Part shown: positions 1-10,090 of the stretch, in pieces | Layout: each line of letters begins with the position of its first letter | How positions within the stretch are numbered: the stretch's first letter is position 1 | Assembly (NCBI GenBank): GCA_963744995.1 | Contig: CAVUWA010000005.1 | Coordinates: forward strand, 288,001 to 352,000 | DNA length: 64,000 nt | Direction: 5' to 3' | Source of the DNA: Candidatus Eiseniibacteriota bacterium | GTDB taxonomy: Bacteria > Eisenbacteria > RBG-16-71-46 | Notes under the pieces: model-generated | Seen by the model: the letters and a program-made list of their open reading frames with translations, nothing else | What the model was told of the DNA's origin: nothing | The model's database searches: none | Made by a program: the position numbers and the translations under genes

Positions 1-1
1 C

Positions 2-511
2 CATCGCCTCACAATTGCGCTGCTGTGCACGGTCGCATCCTGCGCAGCCGGTTCGGCGCACGCCGCGGTCACGCTGCTGCGTTCGGCGTTCGCCAGTGCC
101 GCGGTGGTCCAGGATCACGGTGTGCTGGCGGTCGGCGATCCCATCTCCGGGCGGAGCACCGGCGGCTCGCACACGCTGTGGCACGGCATTCCGGGACCAT
201 GGTTCTCCGCGGTGACCGCGACCCCCACCGCCTCGCCCGCGCCGGGCGCGTGGCTGGTCGTCGCCGGCCCGAACCCGTGCCGCCACCATTGCGGCATCCG
301 CTATTCCGCAGGCGGCGAGACGCCGGTCTCGCTCGACGTGTACGACGTCGCCGGGCGCCGCGTGCGGACGCTGGCGCCGGATCTCCGCGTCGGCGTCGCC
401 GACTGGTTGCTCGACACCGATCTGGGTGGCCGCGTGCCGGGCGGACTCTATTTCATCCGCCTCCGTGCGGGCCCGGCGCAGTTCGTTCGACGCGTCGTGG
501 TGTTGCACTGA
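2..511 (+). CDS. Small secreted protein with FlgD/T9SS type A-like C-terminal sorting domain (5' end truncated by window edge)
   Basis: Frame is open from base 2 (HRLTIALLCTVASCAAGSAHA, signal-peptide-like). C-terminus GPNP...YDVAGRRVRTL...GLYFIRLRAG...RRVVVLH is typical of the sorting domain. Confidence 0.75.
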   Translation, partial: HRLTIALLCTVASCAAGSAHAAVTLLRSAFASAAVVQDHGVLAVGDPISGRSTGGSHTLWHGIPGPWFSAVTATPTASPAPGAWLVVAGPNPCRHHCGIRYSAGGETPVSLDVYDVAGRRVRTLAPDLRVGVADWLLDTDLGGRVPGGLYFIRLRAGPAQFVRRVVVLH

Positions 512-563
512 CGAGAACGAGGAAGATCACGTGAAGGTCTTCCGGTGATGATGTCCTCGACGG

Positions 564-1091
564 TTACGCGGAAACCGCCGCCTTCGGCCTGAAGGCTTCA
601 GCGTTCTCGTTGAAGTGCCAGATGTGGGGTGGCGTGATGCCGAGAGTCCGCAGGTAGGCGTAGACCTGCCCGCGGTGATGCACGTATTCGGTCTGGCTCA
701 GCGAGAACGCAACGAACGCAGGGAAGGACATGCCCCACGGCGTCGGCGTCATGACCATCAGCTTCTCGTCGGTCATCGCGTGTACGGCACGGTCGGCCGC
801 GTCCCAGCACGTCTGGCAGTAGTCCAGCAGTTCCTGCCGGGTTCCGATGCCTGCCGCGATCTGCTTCTCGTTCTTTTCGGTCTCGTTGGTGATCTCGCCC
901 TGCTGTGCGCCCTCGGCGACCTCGCGCAGCACCTGGCCGTACATGTGCACGGCAAGTTCCTTCGGGGTGCGCATGCCCGGAATCACCGTCGCGCCGAGTC
1001 TGTCTTCGGGAATCATCCCGATCGCGCGCAGTCCGACGCCCTGCGCCATGCGCAACTGGTCCCAGGACTGCAGCACTGCCTGCCTGTTCAT
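564..1091 (-). CDS. DinB family protein
   Basis: MRTPKELAVH and EYVHHRGQVYAYLRTLGITPP motifs; ATG at 1091 with GGAGGT RBS. Confidence 0.85.
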   Translation of the reverse strand: MNRQAVLQSWDQLRMAQGVGLRAIGMIPEDRLGATVIPGMRTPKELAVHMYGQVLREVAEGAQQGEITNETEKNEKQIAAGIGTRQELLDYCQTCWDAADRAVHAMTDEKLMVMTPTPWGMSFPAFVAFSLSQTEYVHHRGQVYAYLRTLGITPPHIWHFNENAEAFRPKAAVSA

Positions 1092-1212
1092 CAATGACCT
1101 CCGCGGGTAGAGAGCTTCGCCTCGGTGAGCCCAAGGCACGAAGACCGGTGACCATACCCGACCGCGGGCGGGCGGGCGCGAAATATCTCGGAGTCGGCCC
1201 GCAGTGCCGCGC

Positions 1213-2913
1213 TCAGCGCAGCGGATTGTCCAGCGTCACCTGCCGCACCCACGTGCCGTGCACGCCGGTCTCGCGCCCGGCGAGGTCCTCGAAGCGGTCG
1301 AACAGGCCGGCGCGCTTGGGCGCGTCGTCGCCTGGCAGCGGCGCGACGCCGCCGACGCCGCGCAGCCGTTCGATCGTCGGCGCGGGGACGGACGCATATT
1401 GGATGGGCACGCCCGGGCGGGCGTGCGGCAGGCGCTGCAGCTCGGCCTCGATCTCCGGCACCGGCGCGGGGCTCGCGACCACCAGCATGTGCTCCCTGCC
1501 GCCCCGGCTGGTCACAGTCCACGCGTTCTCCTCGCCCGCCACCGGGCCCGGCAGGGTGATTGCGCTGTCCGCGGGCAGCGGGTTGGCGAGATCGAAGCTC
1601 TGCTGCGGAAACAGCAGGAACGCGGCGCCGCGCTCATCCTCGTTGAGCACGTAGACCCACGCGCGCCGTGTGGCGTGGAACTCCAGCGTCAGCCGGTCGC
1701 CCGGAGCGACGCGGTCGCCGTTGGCGAGCCGCTCCGTGCCATCGTCCGAGTGGCGTATGAAGGTGGCCTCGACGTCGTAGGCGACGGGCTGAACCGGAGC
1801 CGCGGGCGCCGGCGCCGTGACGGTTTCTTCGGGTACGCGCCGCGCCAGATGGGGCAGCAGCCACGCCGCGCCGGCAACGAGCACGATGGCGGCGGCGAGC
1901 AACGCGGTGCGTGCGCGCGCGCCGCGCGGCTTCGCGGCGGCTTCCAGCGCTGCGGCCAGCGCCTCGGCGCCGCCGAAGCGCTGTTCGGGATCGGGCGCCA
2001 TGGCGCGTTCGATCGCCGCGACGAGCGGCGCGGGCGCGGCGGGGCACTCGCGCGCGAGCGGCACGGCCGGCCCCTTGCGCGCTTCCACGAGCAACTCTCC
2101 GACGGTGCCCGCCGCAAACGGCAGCTGTCCGGCCAGCGCACAGCGCAGCGTCACGCCGAGCGCGTAGAGATCGGTGCGCGGCGTCGCGGCGCCGCCCTGG
2201 AGGCGCTCGGGCGCCATGAACATCGGCGTGCCGGAGACGCGCAGCGGATCGGTCCCGGCGAGCGCGCGCAACCGGCCGAGTCCGAAGTCGGCGAGCACGA
2301 CACGGTCATCGCCTTCGAGCACCACGTTCGCGGGCTTCAGGTCGCGATGCACGAGACCCGCGGCATGCACGGCCGCGAGCGCGCGCGCGAGCCGCGCGCC
2401 GAGGCGTGCCACCTCCAGCGCATCGAACGCGCCGCGCCGCTCGATCTCGGCGGCGAGCGTGGGTCCGCGCAGGAATTCCATCCACATCCCCGCGCGGCCG
2501 TCGTGCTCGGCCACGCCGTAGACCGTGACGACGTCCGGATGCCGCACGCGTGCCAGCGCGCGCGCCTCGTCCAGCAGCGTGCCCGGGGGGCCCGCCTCGG
2601 TCGCGCGCAGCGCGAGCAGCTTGAGCGCGACCTCGCGCTGCAGCGCCGGATCCCAGGCGCGCCACACTTCGCCGTTCGCGCCGGCGCCCACCTGCTCGAG
2701 CATCAGCAGCGGCCCCCACGCCTGCGGCGGTTCCGTGGTCCCCGCCTCGCTCGCCCGCTGCAGGTCGCGATGGAACGCGGCGATCCGCGAGACGTCGTGC
2801 ATCGCCTTCACGTCGGCGCCGCCACCATCGCTCTCGACCGCATCCCAGTCCACGGCGCCGCCGTCGGACACCGACTCCGCCAGCCGCTCGAGCGGGTCAC
2901 GGTCGGCGGTCAT
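1213..2913 (-). CDS. Membrane Ser/Thr protein kinase with extracytoplasmic DUF4384-like domain
   Basis: GAGANGEV, VALK, HRDLKPAN, DFG and GTPMFMAPE motifs; TM segment ALLAAAIVLVAGAAWLL; C-terminal GDRLTLEF...WVYVLNED...LLFP. Confidence 0.9.
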   Translation of the reverse strand: MTADRDPLERLAESVSDGGAVDWDAVESDGGGADVKAMHDVSRIAAFHRDLQRASEAGTTEPPQAWGPLLMLEQVGAGANGEVWRAWDPALQREVALKLLALRATEAGPPGTLLDEARALARVRHPDVVTVYGVAEHDGRAGMWMEFLRGPTLAAEIERRGAFDALEVARLGARLARALAAVHAAGLVHRDLKPANVVLEGDDRVVLADFGLGRLRALAGTDPLRVSGTPMFMAPERLQGGAATPRTDLYALGVTLRCALAGQLPFAAGTVGELLVEARKGPAVPLARECPAAPAPLVAAIERAMAPDPEQRFGGAEALAAALEAAAKPRGARARTALLAAAIVLVAGAAWLLPHLARRVPEETVTAPAPAAPVQPVAYDVEATFIRHSDDGTERLANGDRVAPGDRLTLEFHATRRAWVYVLNEDERGAAFLLFPQQSFDLANPLPADSAITLPGPVAGEENAWTVTSRGGREHMLVVASPAPVPEIEAELQRLPHARPGVPIQYASVPAPTIERLRGVGGVAPLPGDDAPKRAGLFDRFEDLAGRETGVHGTWVRQVTLDNPLR

Positions 2914-3496
2914 GACCCATCCGCTCGGCGAGCTTCTTCAGCGCGCGCTGCACCGCCATCCGCGCCGCGTCGCGGCTCGGCCGCCCGGTCATGGCGGCGA
3001 CGGTCTCGTAGTCGAAGTCCAGCTCGATTCTCAGGTGCACCAGCTGCCGCTCCTCTTCCTCGAGGCTCGCGAGCGCCCTCTCGTAGCGATCCAGCACCTG
3101 GCTGCCGATCGCCTGTTCGAGCGGCGACGGCGCGCGATCCGTCAGGTCGTCCGGAATCCCGCCGGGGCCCGGCCTTCTGCGGGCCCACCGGATCTGATCC
3201 CTGATACGGTTGAGCACCGCCTGGCGAACGTAGGCCTGGAACCCGCCCGGGCCGCGGACCTCGATCCCGTCCAGGCCCTCGATCGCCCGCATCATCGTCT
3301 CCTGCACCAGATCCGTGGTGTCGAGCAGCGAGCGTGCATAGCGCGGCAGGCGCCCGCTCGCCCAGCGTTGCAGGCGCGGCAGATAGCGGGCCGTGAGCAC
3401 GGCGAGCGCACGCTGGTCGCCGTCCTTCGCACGCTGGAGGAGCTCCGTCGTGAGGAGCAGATCGTCGGGCTGATCGGGTGATGAGGACTGGGTCAT
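2897..3496 (-). CDS. ECF RNA polymerase sigma factor (kinase-associated)
   Basis: Sigma region 2 (LLQRAKDGD...DLVQET...NRIRDQIR) and region 4 (LASLEEEERQLVHLR...AARMAVQRALKKL); overlaps the kinase start by 17 nt. Start taken as ATG 3496. Confidence 0.88.
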   Translation of the reverse strand: MTQSSSPDQPDDLLLTTELLQRAKDGDQRALAVLTARYLPRLQRWASGRLPRYARSLLDTTDLVQETMMRAIEGLDGIEVRGPGGFQAYVRQAVLNRIRDQIRWARRRPGPGGIPDDLTDRAPSPLEQAIGSQVLDRYERALASLEEEERQLVHLRIELDFDYETVAAMTGRPSRDAARMAVQRALKKLAERMGHDRRP

Positions 3497-3623
3497 GGCA
3501 GATCCGTGAGGGTCCGGTGCCCCATTGTGCACCGGCGGCTCCCCCTCCCGCCACACCGGTTCGCCAGGGAGCCGGCGGCGGCCGCCTTTCGCAACCGACC
3601 CGGATGCGCTAGAACTCCCGGCC

Positions 3624-4769
3624 ATGAAACGGACCCTCATCCTCGGCGCCGGCTTCGGCGGACTCACGGTGGCCCATGAACTCGGCAGGCGGCTCGGCGA
3701 CACGCACGAAAGCGTGGTGATCGACGGCCGCTCGCACTTCCTGATGGGGCTGCGCAAACCGTGGGCGCTCGCGGGCCTCGACCGCATGGACGGCGGGATG
3801 CGCGACCGCGGCAAGCTCAAGGCGAAGGGTGCGCGCTTCATCGAGCGCCGGATCACGAAGATCGAACCCGAGGCGCGCCGCGTGCACCTCGGGGCCGAGA
3901 CCCTCGATGGTGACTACCTCGTCGTCGCGCTCGGCGCGGAACCGCGCCCGGACATGGTGCCGGGCCTTGCGGAGCACGGCCACGACCTCTACGACGCCAC
4001 CGAGATCCCGGCGCTGCTCGACGCGCTCGCCCGCTTCGCCGGCGGCACGCTGCAGATCCTCGTCGCCGGCGGCCCGTACAAGTGCCCGCCGGCGCCGTTC
4101 GACACGGCCATGCTGCTGGACGAGCGTCTGCGCAAGGACGGCCTGCGCGAGCGCACCCGCCTCATCGTGACCACGTTTCAGTCCATGCTCCTTCCCAACG
4201 CGGGCCGCGACGGCTCGGCGTGGCTCGGGGACCAGCTCACCCATCGCGGCATCGAGTGGCAGGTCGGCCGCAAGGTGAAGCACGTCGAAGCCAAGCAGGT
4301 CGTGTTCGAGGATGGAACGCAACCGTTCGATCTGCTGATCGGGGTGCCGCCGCATCGCCCGCCGGCGGTGATCCAGGACAGCGGGCTCGAGGGCCAGGGG
4401 CCGTGGGTCGTCGTCGACCGCACGACGCTGCGCACGCCCCATGCGAACGTGTTCGCGATCGGCGACGTGACCCAGGTCACGCTCGCGAACGGGCTGCCGC
4501 TGCCCAAGGCCGGACTGTTCGCCGAGCTCGAGGGCATGCAGGTCGCGGCCGCCATCGCCGCCGACGTGAAGGGCGAGGCGCCGCCGCCACCGTTCGATGG
4601 CCGCGGCTACTGCTTCATCGAGCTGGGCCGCCACGCCGCCGGCCGGGTCGAAGGCGAGTTCTTCGCGAGCCCCGAGCCGAAGGTGACGGTCGGTGAGATC
4701 AGCGCCGCGCACGCGGCGGAAAAGCGCCGCTTCGAGGCCGAGCGGCTGGAGCGCTGGTTCGGCGGCTGA
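3624..4769 (+). CDS. FAD-dependent oxidoreductase, sulfide:quinone oxidoreductase-like
   Basis: GAGFGG Rossmann motif, KCPPAP, NVFAIGD, LPKAG, GYCFIE (two Cys as in the SQR family). Confidence 0.82.
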   Translation: MKRTLILGAGFGGLTVAHELGRRLGDTHESVVIDGRSHFLMGLRKPWALAGLDRMDGGMRDRGKLKAKGARFIERRITKIEPEARRVHLGAETLDGDYLVVALGAEPRPDMVPGLAEHGHDLYDATEIPALLDALARFAGGTLQILVAGGPYKCPPAPFDTAMLLDERLRKDGLRERTRLIVTTFQSMLLPNAGRDGSAWLGDQLTHRGIEWQVGRKVKHVEAKQVVFEDGTQPFDLLIGVPPHRPPAVIQDSGLEGQGPWVVVDRTTLRTPHANVFAIGDVTQVTLANGLPLPKAGLFAELEGMQVAAAIAADVKGEAPPPPFDGRGYCFIELGRHAAGRVEGEFFASPEPKVTVGEISAAHAAEKRRFEAERLERWFGG

Positions 4770-4874
4770 TTCCTCGCCGCACGCCCACCTGCCGTCCGAG
4801 GGCCGTCATGGCCTGACCGCCGTCGCGGGCGGACGCGGCGTCCCGCACGGACCATGTGGCCCGAATGGTCCCGG

Positions 4875-5324
4875 CTACGCCTGACCGCCCACCGGCAGGG
4901 GTATCGTGTAGCACACGGCCGTCCCGTCGAGCACCACGGTGCCGTCGTCGCGCAGCACGCGCGTCTCGAGCTCGGTGATCGGCTTGTCCGCGCGCACCTT
5001 CACCACCTTCACCTCGCCGGTGATCGTGTCGCCGGGACGTACCGGCGCCTTGAAGCCCCACCGCACTTCGAGGAACACCGTGCCGGGGCCAGGCAGATCC
5101 TCGGCCACCACCGCGTTGAGAATGCCGCTCGTCACGCCGCCCTGGACCACGATCCCGCCCATGCGCGTCTGCTTCGCCAGCGCCTCGTCGTAGTGGAGCG
5201 GATTGCGATCGCCGGTCATCTGGGTGAACAATTCGATGTCGCGCGCGCTGATCTTGCGCGAACGCGTCGCGGTTTGCCCGACCGCGGGAATGCCGCGCGG
5301 CCAGGCGGTGGTCGAGTCCGTCAT
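4875..5324 (-). CDS. MaoC family (hotdog-fold) dehydratase
   Basis: FTQMTGDRNPLHYD and FKAPVRPGDTIT motifs. Confidence 0.88.
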   Translation of the reverse strand: MTDSTTAWPRGIPAVGQTATRSRKISARDIELFTQMTGDRNPLHYDEALAKQTRMGGIVVQGGVTSGILNAVVAEDLPGPGTVFLEVRWGFKAPVRPGDTITGEVKVVKVRADKPITELETRVLRDDGTVVLDGTAVCYTIPLPVGGQA

Positions 5325-5429
5325 CCTGATCCTCCCTCGTCGAGATCGCGGCCCCGCCGGGGGGCGGAACGCATGCCGCCGAAGCGGACACGCCAACGTG
5401 CTGCCCCGGGCTGGCGGCAGCCTACCCCA

Positions 5430-6647
5430 TCACGTCCGACCCGGTGTGCGCCGCAGCGTTGCGCGCACCTCGGCGCCGTGCTCGACGATGAAGCGCAGCA
5501 CCTCGCACGCCCGCTCGACGTCCGCCACCGCCGTGGCCATACCGGTCGGCATCACCAGCACCTCGCGCGCCAGGCGCTCCGTGTGGGGAAGCGCAGGGCG
5601 CGGCGTGGAAGCGTCCGAGCGGTAGGGTTCGGCCAGGTGACAGCCGGGGAAGAAGTAGCGACGCGCGCGGATGTTCTCGCTCGCGAGCACCTCCAGGATC
5701 TCGTTGCGGTCCGCGCCGATGGTCGCCTCGTCCAGCTCGAGGACGACGTAGTGCAGGTTGCTTTCGTTCGCGGGATCTCTGGTCAGGATGCGGATCCCGC
5801 GCGCCCCCTGCAGAGCGCGGCGATAGGCCGCGTCATTGGCCCGATTGGCGGCGAGGAAGTCGTCGATGCACTCGAGGTTCGCCAGCCCGAGCGCGGCGGC
5901 GAGCTCCTGCATCTTCCCGTTGGTGCCATGCATCGCGACGGTGTCCCCGTCGGTGATGCCGAAATTGATCATGGGGGCGCACCGCTCCGCGAGAGCGTCG
6001 TCGCGGGTCAGGATGCAGCCGCCCTCGCCGGCGTTCAGGACCTTGGTCGCGTGGAAGCTGAAGACTTCGGCGTCGCCGAACCCGCCCAGGGGCGTCCCCC
6101 GCCACGCGCATCCGAAGGCATGCGCCGAGTCGAAGATCAGCCTGAGGCCGCGCTCGCGGCACAGCCGTGCGAGGGCATCGACGTCGCACGCCTGCCCCCA
6201 GAGATTGACGGCGAGCACGGCCGACGTGCGCGGCGTCAGGCGCGCTTCGACCTCGCGGACGTCGAGACAGTGATGCGTCGGATCGACGTCGCAGAAGACA
6301 GGCGTGACGCCTTCCCGCCGGAGGGCGTGCACGGGAGAGATGAACGTGAAGGAGGGGACGACGACCTCTCCGCGCAGATCCATGGCACGGATGACGATTT
6401 CGAGCGCCGTCGTGGCGCTGCACGTCACGATGCAGTTGCGCACGCCGGATCGCCGGGCGAGCTCCGCCTCGAACGCCCGAACGGTCGGTCCGTGATTCGA
6501 GAGCATCCCGGTGCGCATGATGGCTTCGGCGCGGGCCGCGAACACCTCCGGCGGACACAGGTTCGGACGACCGACGACCAGCGGCCGGGAGAATTCCGGC
6601 GATCCCCCGAAGATCGCAAGATCGGACACGCGCCGCTTCGCGGTCAC
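5430..6647 (-). CDS. DegT/DnrJ/EryC1/StrS PLP-dependent sugar aminotransferase
   Basis: PSFTFIS, DSAHAFG, FSFHATK(PLP Lys)VLNAGEGG, GTNGKM motifs. Confidence 0.92.
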   Translation of the reverse strand: MTAKRRVSDLAIFGGSPEFSRPLVVGRPNLCPPEVFAARAEAIMRTGMLSNHGPTVRAFEAELARRSGVRNCIVTCSATTALEIVIRAMDLRGEVVVPSFTFISPVHALRREGVTPVFCDVDPTHHCLDVREVEARLTPRTSAVLAVNLWGQACDVDALARLCRERGLRLIFDSAHAFGCAWRGTPLGGFGDAEVFSFHATKVLNAGEGGCILTRDDALAERCAPMINFGITDGDTVAMHGTNGKMQELAAALGLANLECIDDFLAANRANDAAYRRALQGARGIRILTRDPANESNLHYVVLELDEATIGADRNEILEVLASENIRARRYFFPGCHLAEPYRSDASTPRPALPHTERLAREVLVMPTGMATAVADVERACEVLRFIVEHGAEVRATLRRTPGRT

Positions 6648-6660
6648 GACGCCTGCCCCT

Positions 6661-7719
6661 TCATCCCCGTTCCACCGCGGGCCGCAGATTCGACGCCCGC
6701 TTCATGAGCCGATCCAGCGCGCGTCCGGGCAGCACGCGCAGCGCGAAGCCGGCCGCGAGCCGCGGCGATTTGCGCCAGATCAGGGCCATGTCCCGGGTGA
6801 AGGTCCGCGGGCTGGGATGCTCGAGCACGTGGCTCGCCAGCAGCCGCGAGAACGCCCGGCGCCACTCGGCCCGCTGCTCGATGTCGAGCCGTTCGCCCAG
6901 CACCGCATAGACCTCGATCTCGTCGGCGAGCTGTTGCGAACGGCCCCGGCTGAACCACGAGCCGCCCGCATGCCGCCGGTACACGGCCATGCTGTCCGGA
7001 ATGTAGCCGATCCAGCGCTGGCGGCCGTTCGCGACCGCGAGGGCGTGGCGCGCGAAATCGCGATAGGGAAGCGCGTAGAACCACTCCTGATCCTCCCGGG
7101 CCGGCACGTTCCGGTACATTTCGCTCGACGTGAAGATGAAGTTGCCCAGGCGCAGCAGATCGTCGAGCGAGTAGTGGGGACCCTCCAGCGGCGGAGCCGG
7201 ATGGACGTTTTTCCGCAGCACGCCCTGGGTCCGATCGTCGAGGTCGACCGCGTGAAAGCAGGACGCGCACTCCGGGTGGGCCTGCAGGAAGTCGACCTGC
7301 TTCTGGAGCTTCAGCGGGTCGGTCCAGTAGTCGTCGCCGTCGCAGAGCGCGATGAACGCACCGCGCGCGGCCTGGCGTGACCAGATGCCGTTCAGGCGTT
7401 TTCGGCGGCCGCGCGTTTCGTACACCGCCTCTTCACGAGAACGCAGGAAGAGCCTGATCAGCCCCGGCTGACGCGTCGCGTATTCGATGCACCGTTCGCG
7501 GGTACCGTCCGTCGAGCCGTCTTCGCCGATGACGACTTCGAAAGGGAAGTCCGTGCGTTGCGCGAGGATCCCGTCGAGGCATCGCTCGATGACATCCGCC
7601 TGCTGGTAGGTCGTCACGACCGCCGAGACCAGCGGCTCCGGCCTCGCGACCCGCCACTCCATCGTCTCGGCGTACTCGCGCTCCAGCGTCGAGCGCCGGC
7701 GGGCTTCAGAGTGGATCAT
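6661..7719 (-). CDS. Glycosyltransferase family 2
   Basis: VSAVVTTYQ, GEDGSTDGT, ALCDGDDYW, KLQKQV, MAVYRRH motifs. Confidence 0.9.
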   Translation of the reverse strand: MIHSEARRRSTLEREYAETMEWRVARPEPLVSAVVTTYQQADVIERCLDGILAQRTDFPFEVVIGEDGSTDGTRERCIEYATRQPGLIRLFLRSREEAVYETRGRRKRLNGIWSRQAARGAFIALCDGDDYWTDPLKLQKQVDFLQAHPECASCFHAVDLDDRTQGVLRKNVHPAPPLEGPHYSLDDLLRLGNFIFTSSEMYRNVPAREDQEWFYALPYRDFARHALAVANGRQRWIGYIPDSMAVYRRHAGGSWFSRGRSQQLADEIEVYAVLGERLDIEQRAEWRRAFSRLLASHVLEHPSPRTFTRDMALIWRKSPRLAAGFALRVLPGRALDRLMKRASNLRPAVERG

Positions 7720-8815
7720 CGCGCCGGTATCGTCCCGTTCGTTCGAGGCGCTCCCGGACTTCGCCGGGCAGCCCGCGGCTCGCCGGTACGCGAACGATCC
7801 GCGTGAGAGCCGAAGGCGGAAGCCGCCGGAGCGTGATCCCCGCGAAGCAGCGCAGGGTCAGGGCGATTTCGTCGAAGCCGAGCAGCGCCCGGGCCGCGGT
7901 CGCGCCGGTGAAGCGGCCGTTGTACTCGAAGATGCCGAGCCCGTCCCCCGGCATGCTCTGGCACTGGATGTTCAGCGGGCCCCGCCAGCCCGCCTCGATG
8001 AATGGCCGGGCGCAGGCCAGCCCCAGCGCCCGCACCTCGGCCCGCTCGTCGCGCGCCACCGCCACGGACATCCCCTGGCGCATGACATGGGTCGTCCCGC
8101 ACACGTCCTGCACCGCGCCGTCCGGACCGATGATGACCTGCACCGAGCACTTGGCATCTTCGAACGAGAAGAACAGGGGCCAGCCGCGCGACCGCATCCT
8201 CCCCACGTCCGCATTCACCTCGGCGCCGTCGCCCAGGTACTTCTGGAGCAGCAGACCCGAATCGCGCGGGACGGCCTCGAGCTGTGCGCGTTCGAGAATC
8301 AGGGACACGCCCTGCGAGGCGAAGCCGTAGCGCGGTTTCAGCACGAGCGGGAAGCCGTGCGCCTCGACGAACGCTTCGATCCCGCCCGAGTCGTCGAGCC
8401 GCAGGGTCGGCGCGAACGGCAGCCCATGGTCCCGGGAGAAGGTCCAGCTCGTCCACTTGTCGAGCAGGACGTCCGCGGCCTCGGAACTCCCAGCCAGCAG
8501 ACGGGGCGCCCATTCGGGCCGGCGCCGCGCCAGATGCGCGAGGAACACCACGTCGTCGTCGCGGCAGGGAATGACGAGGCTCGGCCCGGCCGCGTCGATG
8601 AGCGCTTCGACGACCCGCGACATGCCGGCGGGGTCCTGCCTCGTCTCGGGAACCATGTGGACTTCGTCGAAGTCCTGCAGGGTCGCCGCGTCGGCGGCGC
8701 TGCTGGTCGCCACCAGGTGGAATCGGGCGCGTTCGGCCGCGAGCGCCTGGATGACGTTCTGGCCGACGAGGCTCGACCCACTGAGCAGCAGCAGCGTCGG
8801 TCTTGAAGTCGCCAA
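7706..8815 (-). CDS. ATP-grasp domain protein
   Basis: DKW, GFPLVLKPRYGFASQGV, LLQKYL, GPLNIQ, FEYNGRFTG motifs. Confidence 0.82.
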   Translation of the reverse strand: MATSRPTLLLLSGSSLVGQNVIQALAAERARFHLVATSSAADAATLQDFDEVHMVPETRQDPAGMSRVVEALIDAAGPSLVIPCRDDDVVFLAHLARRRPEWAPRLLAGSSEAADVLLDKWTSWTFSRDHGLPFAPTLRLDDSGGIEAFVEAHGFPLVLKPRYGFASQGVSLILERAQLEAVPRDSGLLLQKYLGDGAEVNADVGRMRSRGWPLFFSFEDAKCSVQVIIGPDGAVQDVCGTTHVMRQGMSVAVARDERAEVRALGLACARPFIEAGWRGPLNIQCQSMPGDGLGIFEYNGRFTGATAARALLGFDEIALTLRCFAGITLRRLPPSALTRIVRVPASRGLPGEVRERLERTGRYRRDDPL

Positions 8816-8817
8816 CG

Positions 8818-9738
8818 TCAGGCCGTGGCGGGAGGCATCGGGGTGGGACCATCGAGGCCGTAGAAGGCCCGGAAGGTCGCGTCGTTCTCCAGCCCCAGCG
8901 CGGCCAGCGCATTACGGTAGAGAATCTTCGGGAGAACCTCTTCCCGCCACGCCACCTTCATGAAGTTCTCCACGAAGGGCTTGATCGCCGTCAGCGGGTA
9001 GGCGCTCGCGAAGGTGAACTTGTCGACGAAGCCGCCCAGATTGTAGTTGATGGCCTTGACCCAATCCTCGTGCCCCAGGTGGAAGAAGTATCCATCCGGC
9101 GCGAGCCACACGTTGTCGCGACGCGCCGCCATGGTGATCGCCTCGCGGGCGTACGGATAGCAGCCGTGACCGCACACGATCCTGAGCGCCGGAAACGCGT
9201 GAGCGACACGCTCGACGTGCATCGGGTGCGCATAGTCGACGTAAGTGCCGCCGTTGCCGCCCGAAGTCTGCAGGATCATCGTGATGCCCAGCGCCTGACA
9301 TTTCTCGTAGACGGGGAAGAGCCGCTCGTCGTCCATGTCGCAGCCCGGCGCCCTGCCGGGTTCGATACACACGGCCTTCATGCCGAGAGCGCGGACGCAG
9401 CGGTCGATTTCGGCGAGCGCGTCGTGGAAGGTGTTGCTGACGTCGATCCCGCCGACGGCGATGAGCCGGCGCGGGTGGCGTTTCTGGGCGTCGCTCAGGT
9501 AGTCGTTCGAGGTCGTGCGGTCGGGGAAGTCGAAGCGGCCGATGCGTGCCCCGGGGTTCAGGCCGGAGACGGACACGGCCGTGGTGATGCCTGCGGCGGC
9601 GATCTCGTCGAAGAACGCCTGCTCCGAGTCGTCGCCAAAGGCGGCGATGCGATCGAGACGACCCAGGTGGCTCATGCGGCTGGCGAAGTACTCGGACGCC
9701 TTCCCTGACGTCAGCCGGCAACGCAAGTCGATGATCAA
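8818..9738 (-). CDS. Amidohydrolase family 2 protein
   Basis: IIDLRCR, LFPVYEKC, FPALRIVCGHGCYP, FASAYP, KILYRNA; TTG start at 9738 with GGAGGA RBS. Confidence 0.82.
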   Translation of the reverse strand: MIIDLRCRLTSGKASEYFASRMSHLGRLDRIAAFGDDSEQAFFDEIAAAGITTAVSVSGLNPGARIGRFDFPDRTTSNDYLSDAQKRHPRRLIAVGGIDVSNTFHDALAEIDRCVRALGMKAVCIEPGRAPGCDMDDERLFPVYEKCQALGITMILQTSGGNGGTYVDYAHPMHVERVAHAFPALRIVCGHGCYPYAREAITMAARRDNVWLAPDGYFFHLGHEDWVKAINYNLGGFVDKFTFASAYPLTAIKPFVENFMKVAWREEVLPKILYRNALAALGLENDATFRAFYGLDGPTPMPPATA

Positions 9739-9786
9739 GGCCGTTCCTCCGGCGCGGTTCGAACTTCCGTGTCGAATGGCCGGACC

Positions 9787-9815
9787 AGTCTCCGGGACGG
9801 CTGACGGCGTGTCAA
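9787..9815 (-). promoter_or_regulatory. Putative sigma70-type promoter of the amidohydrolase-led cluster
   Basis: TTGACA-17nt-GAGACT on the minus strand. Confidence 0.5.
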
Positions 9816-10090
9816 TCGCGGGCTGTGCCGGAACGCCAGTCCGCGGGTCGGCGCCGGCGGGCGGCGGCTCCGGAGCGGGCCGGCTGCGCGCCATGCGCCG
9901 CATCCGCCGCGGGTCCCGCCACCGTCTCCATCCCTGTTCATGCGAAGCTGGACACGCATGCCATGCTGATCCGGGACCCGCAGCCGGTCCATCGAAAGCG
10001 CGACCGCACCATGCCCCGGCGTCGCGTCCGTGCGGGTCAGGCGCGCCGGGCCGATGCCGCGGCGCCGCACGCCGCACCCGGGGAACCCGG

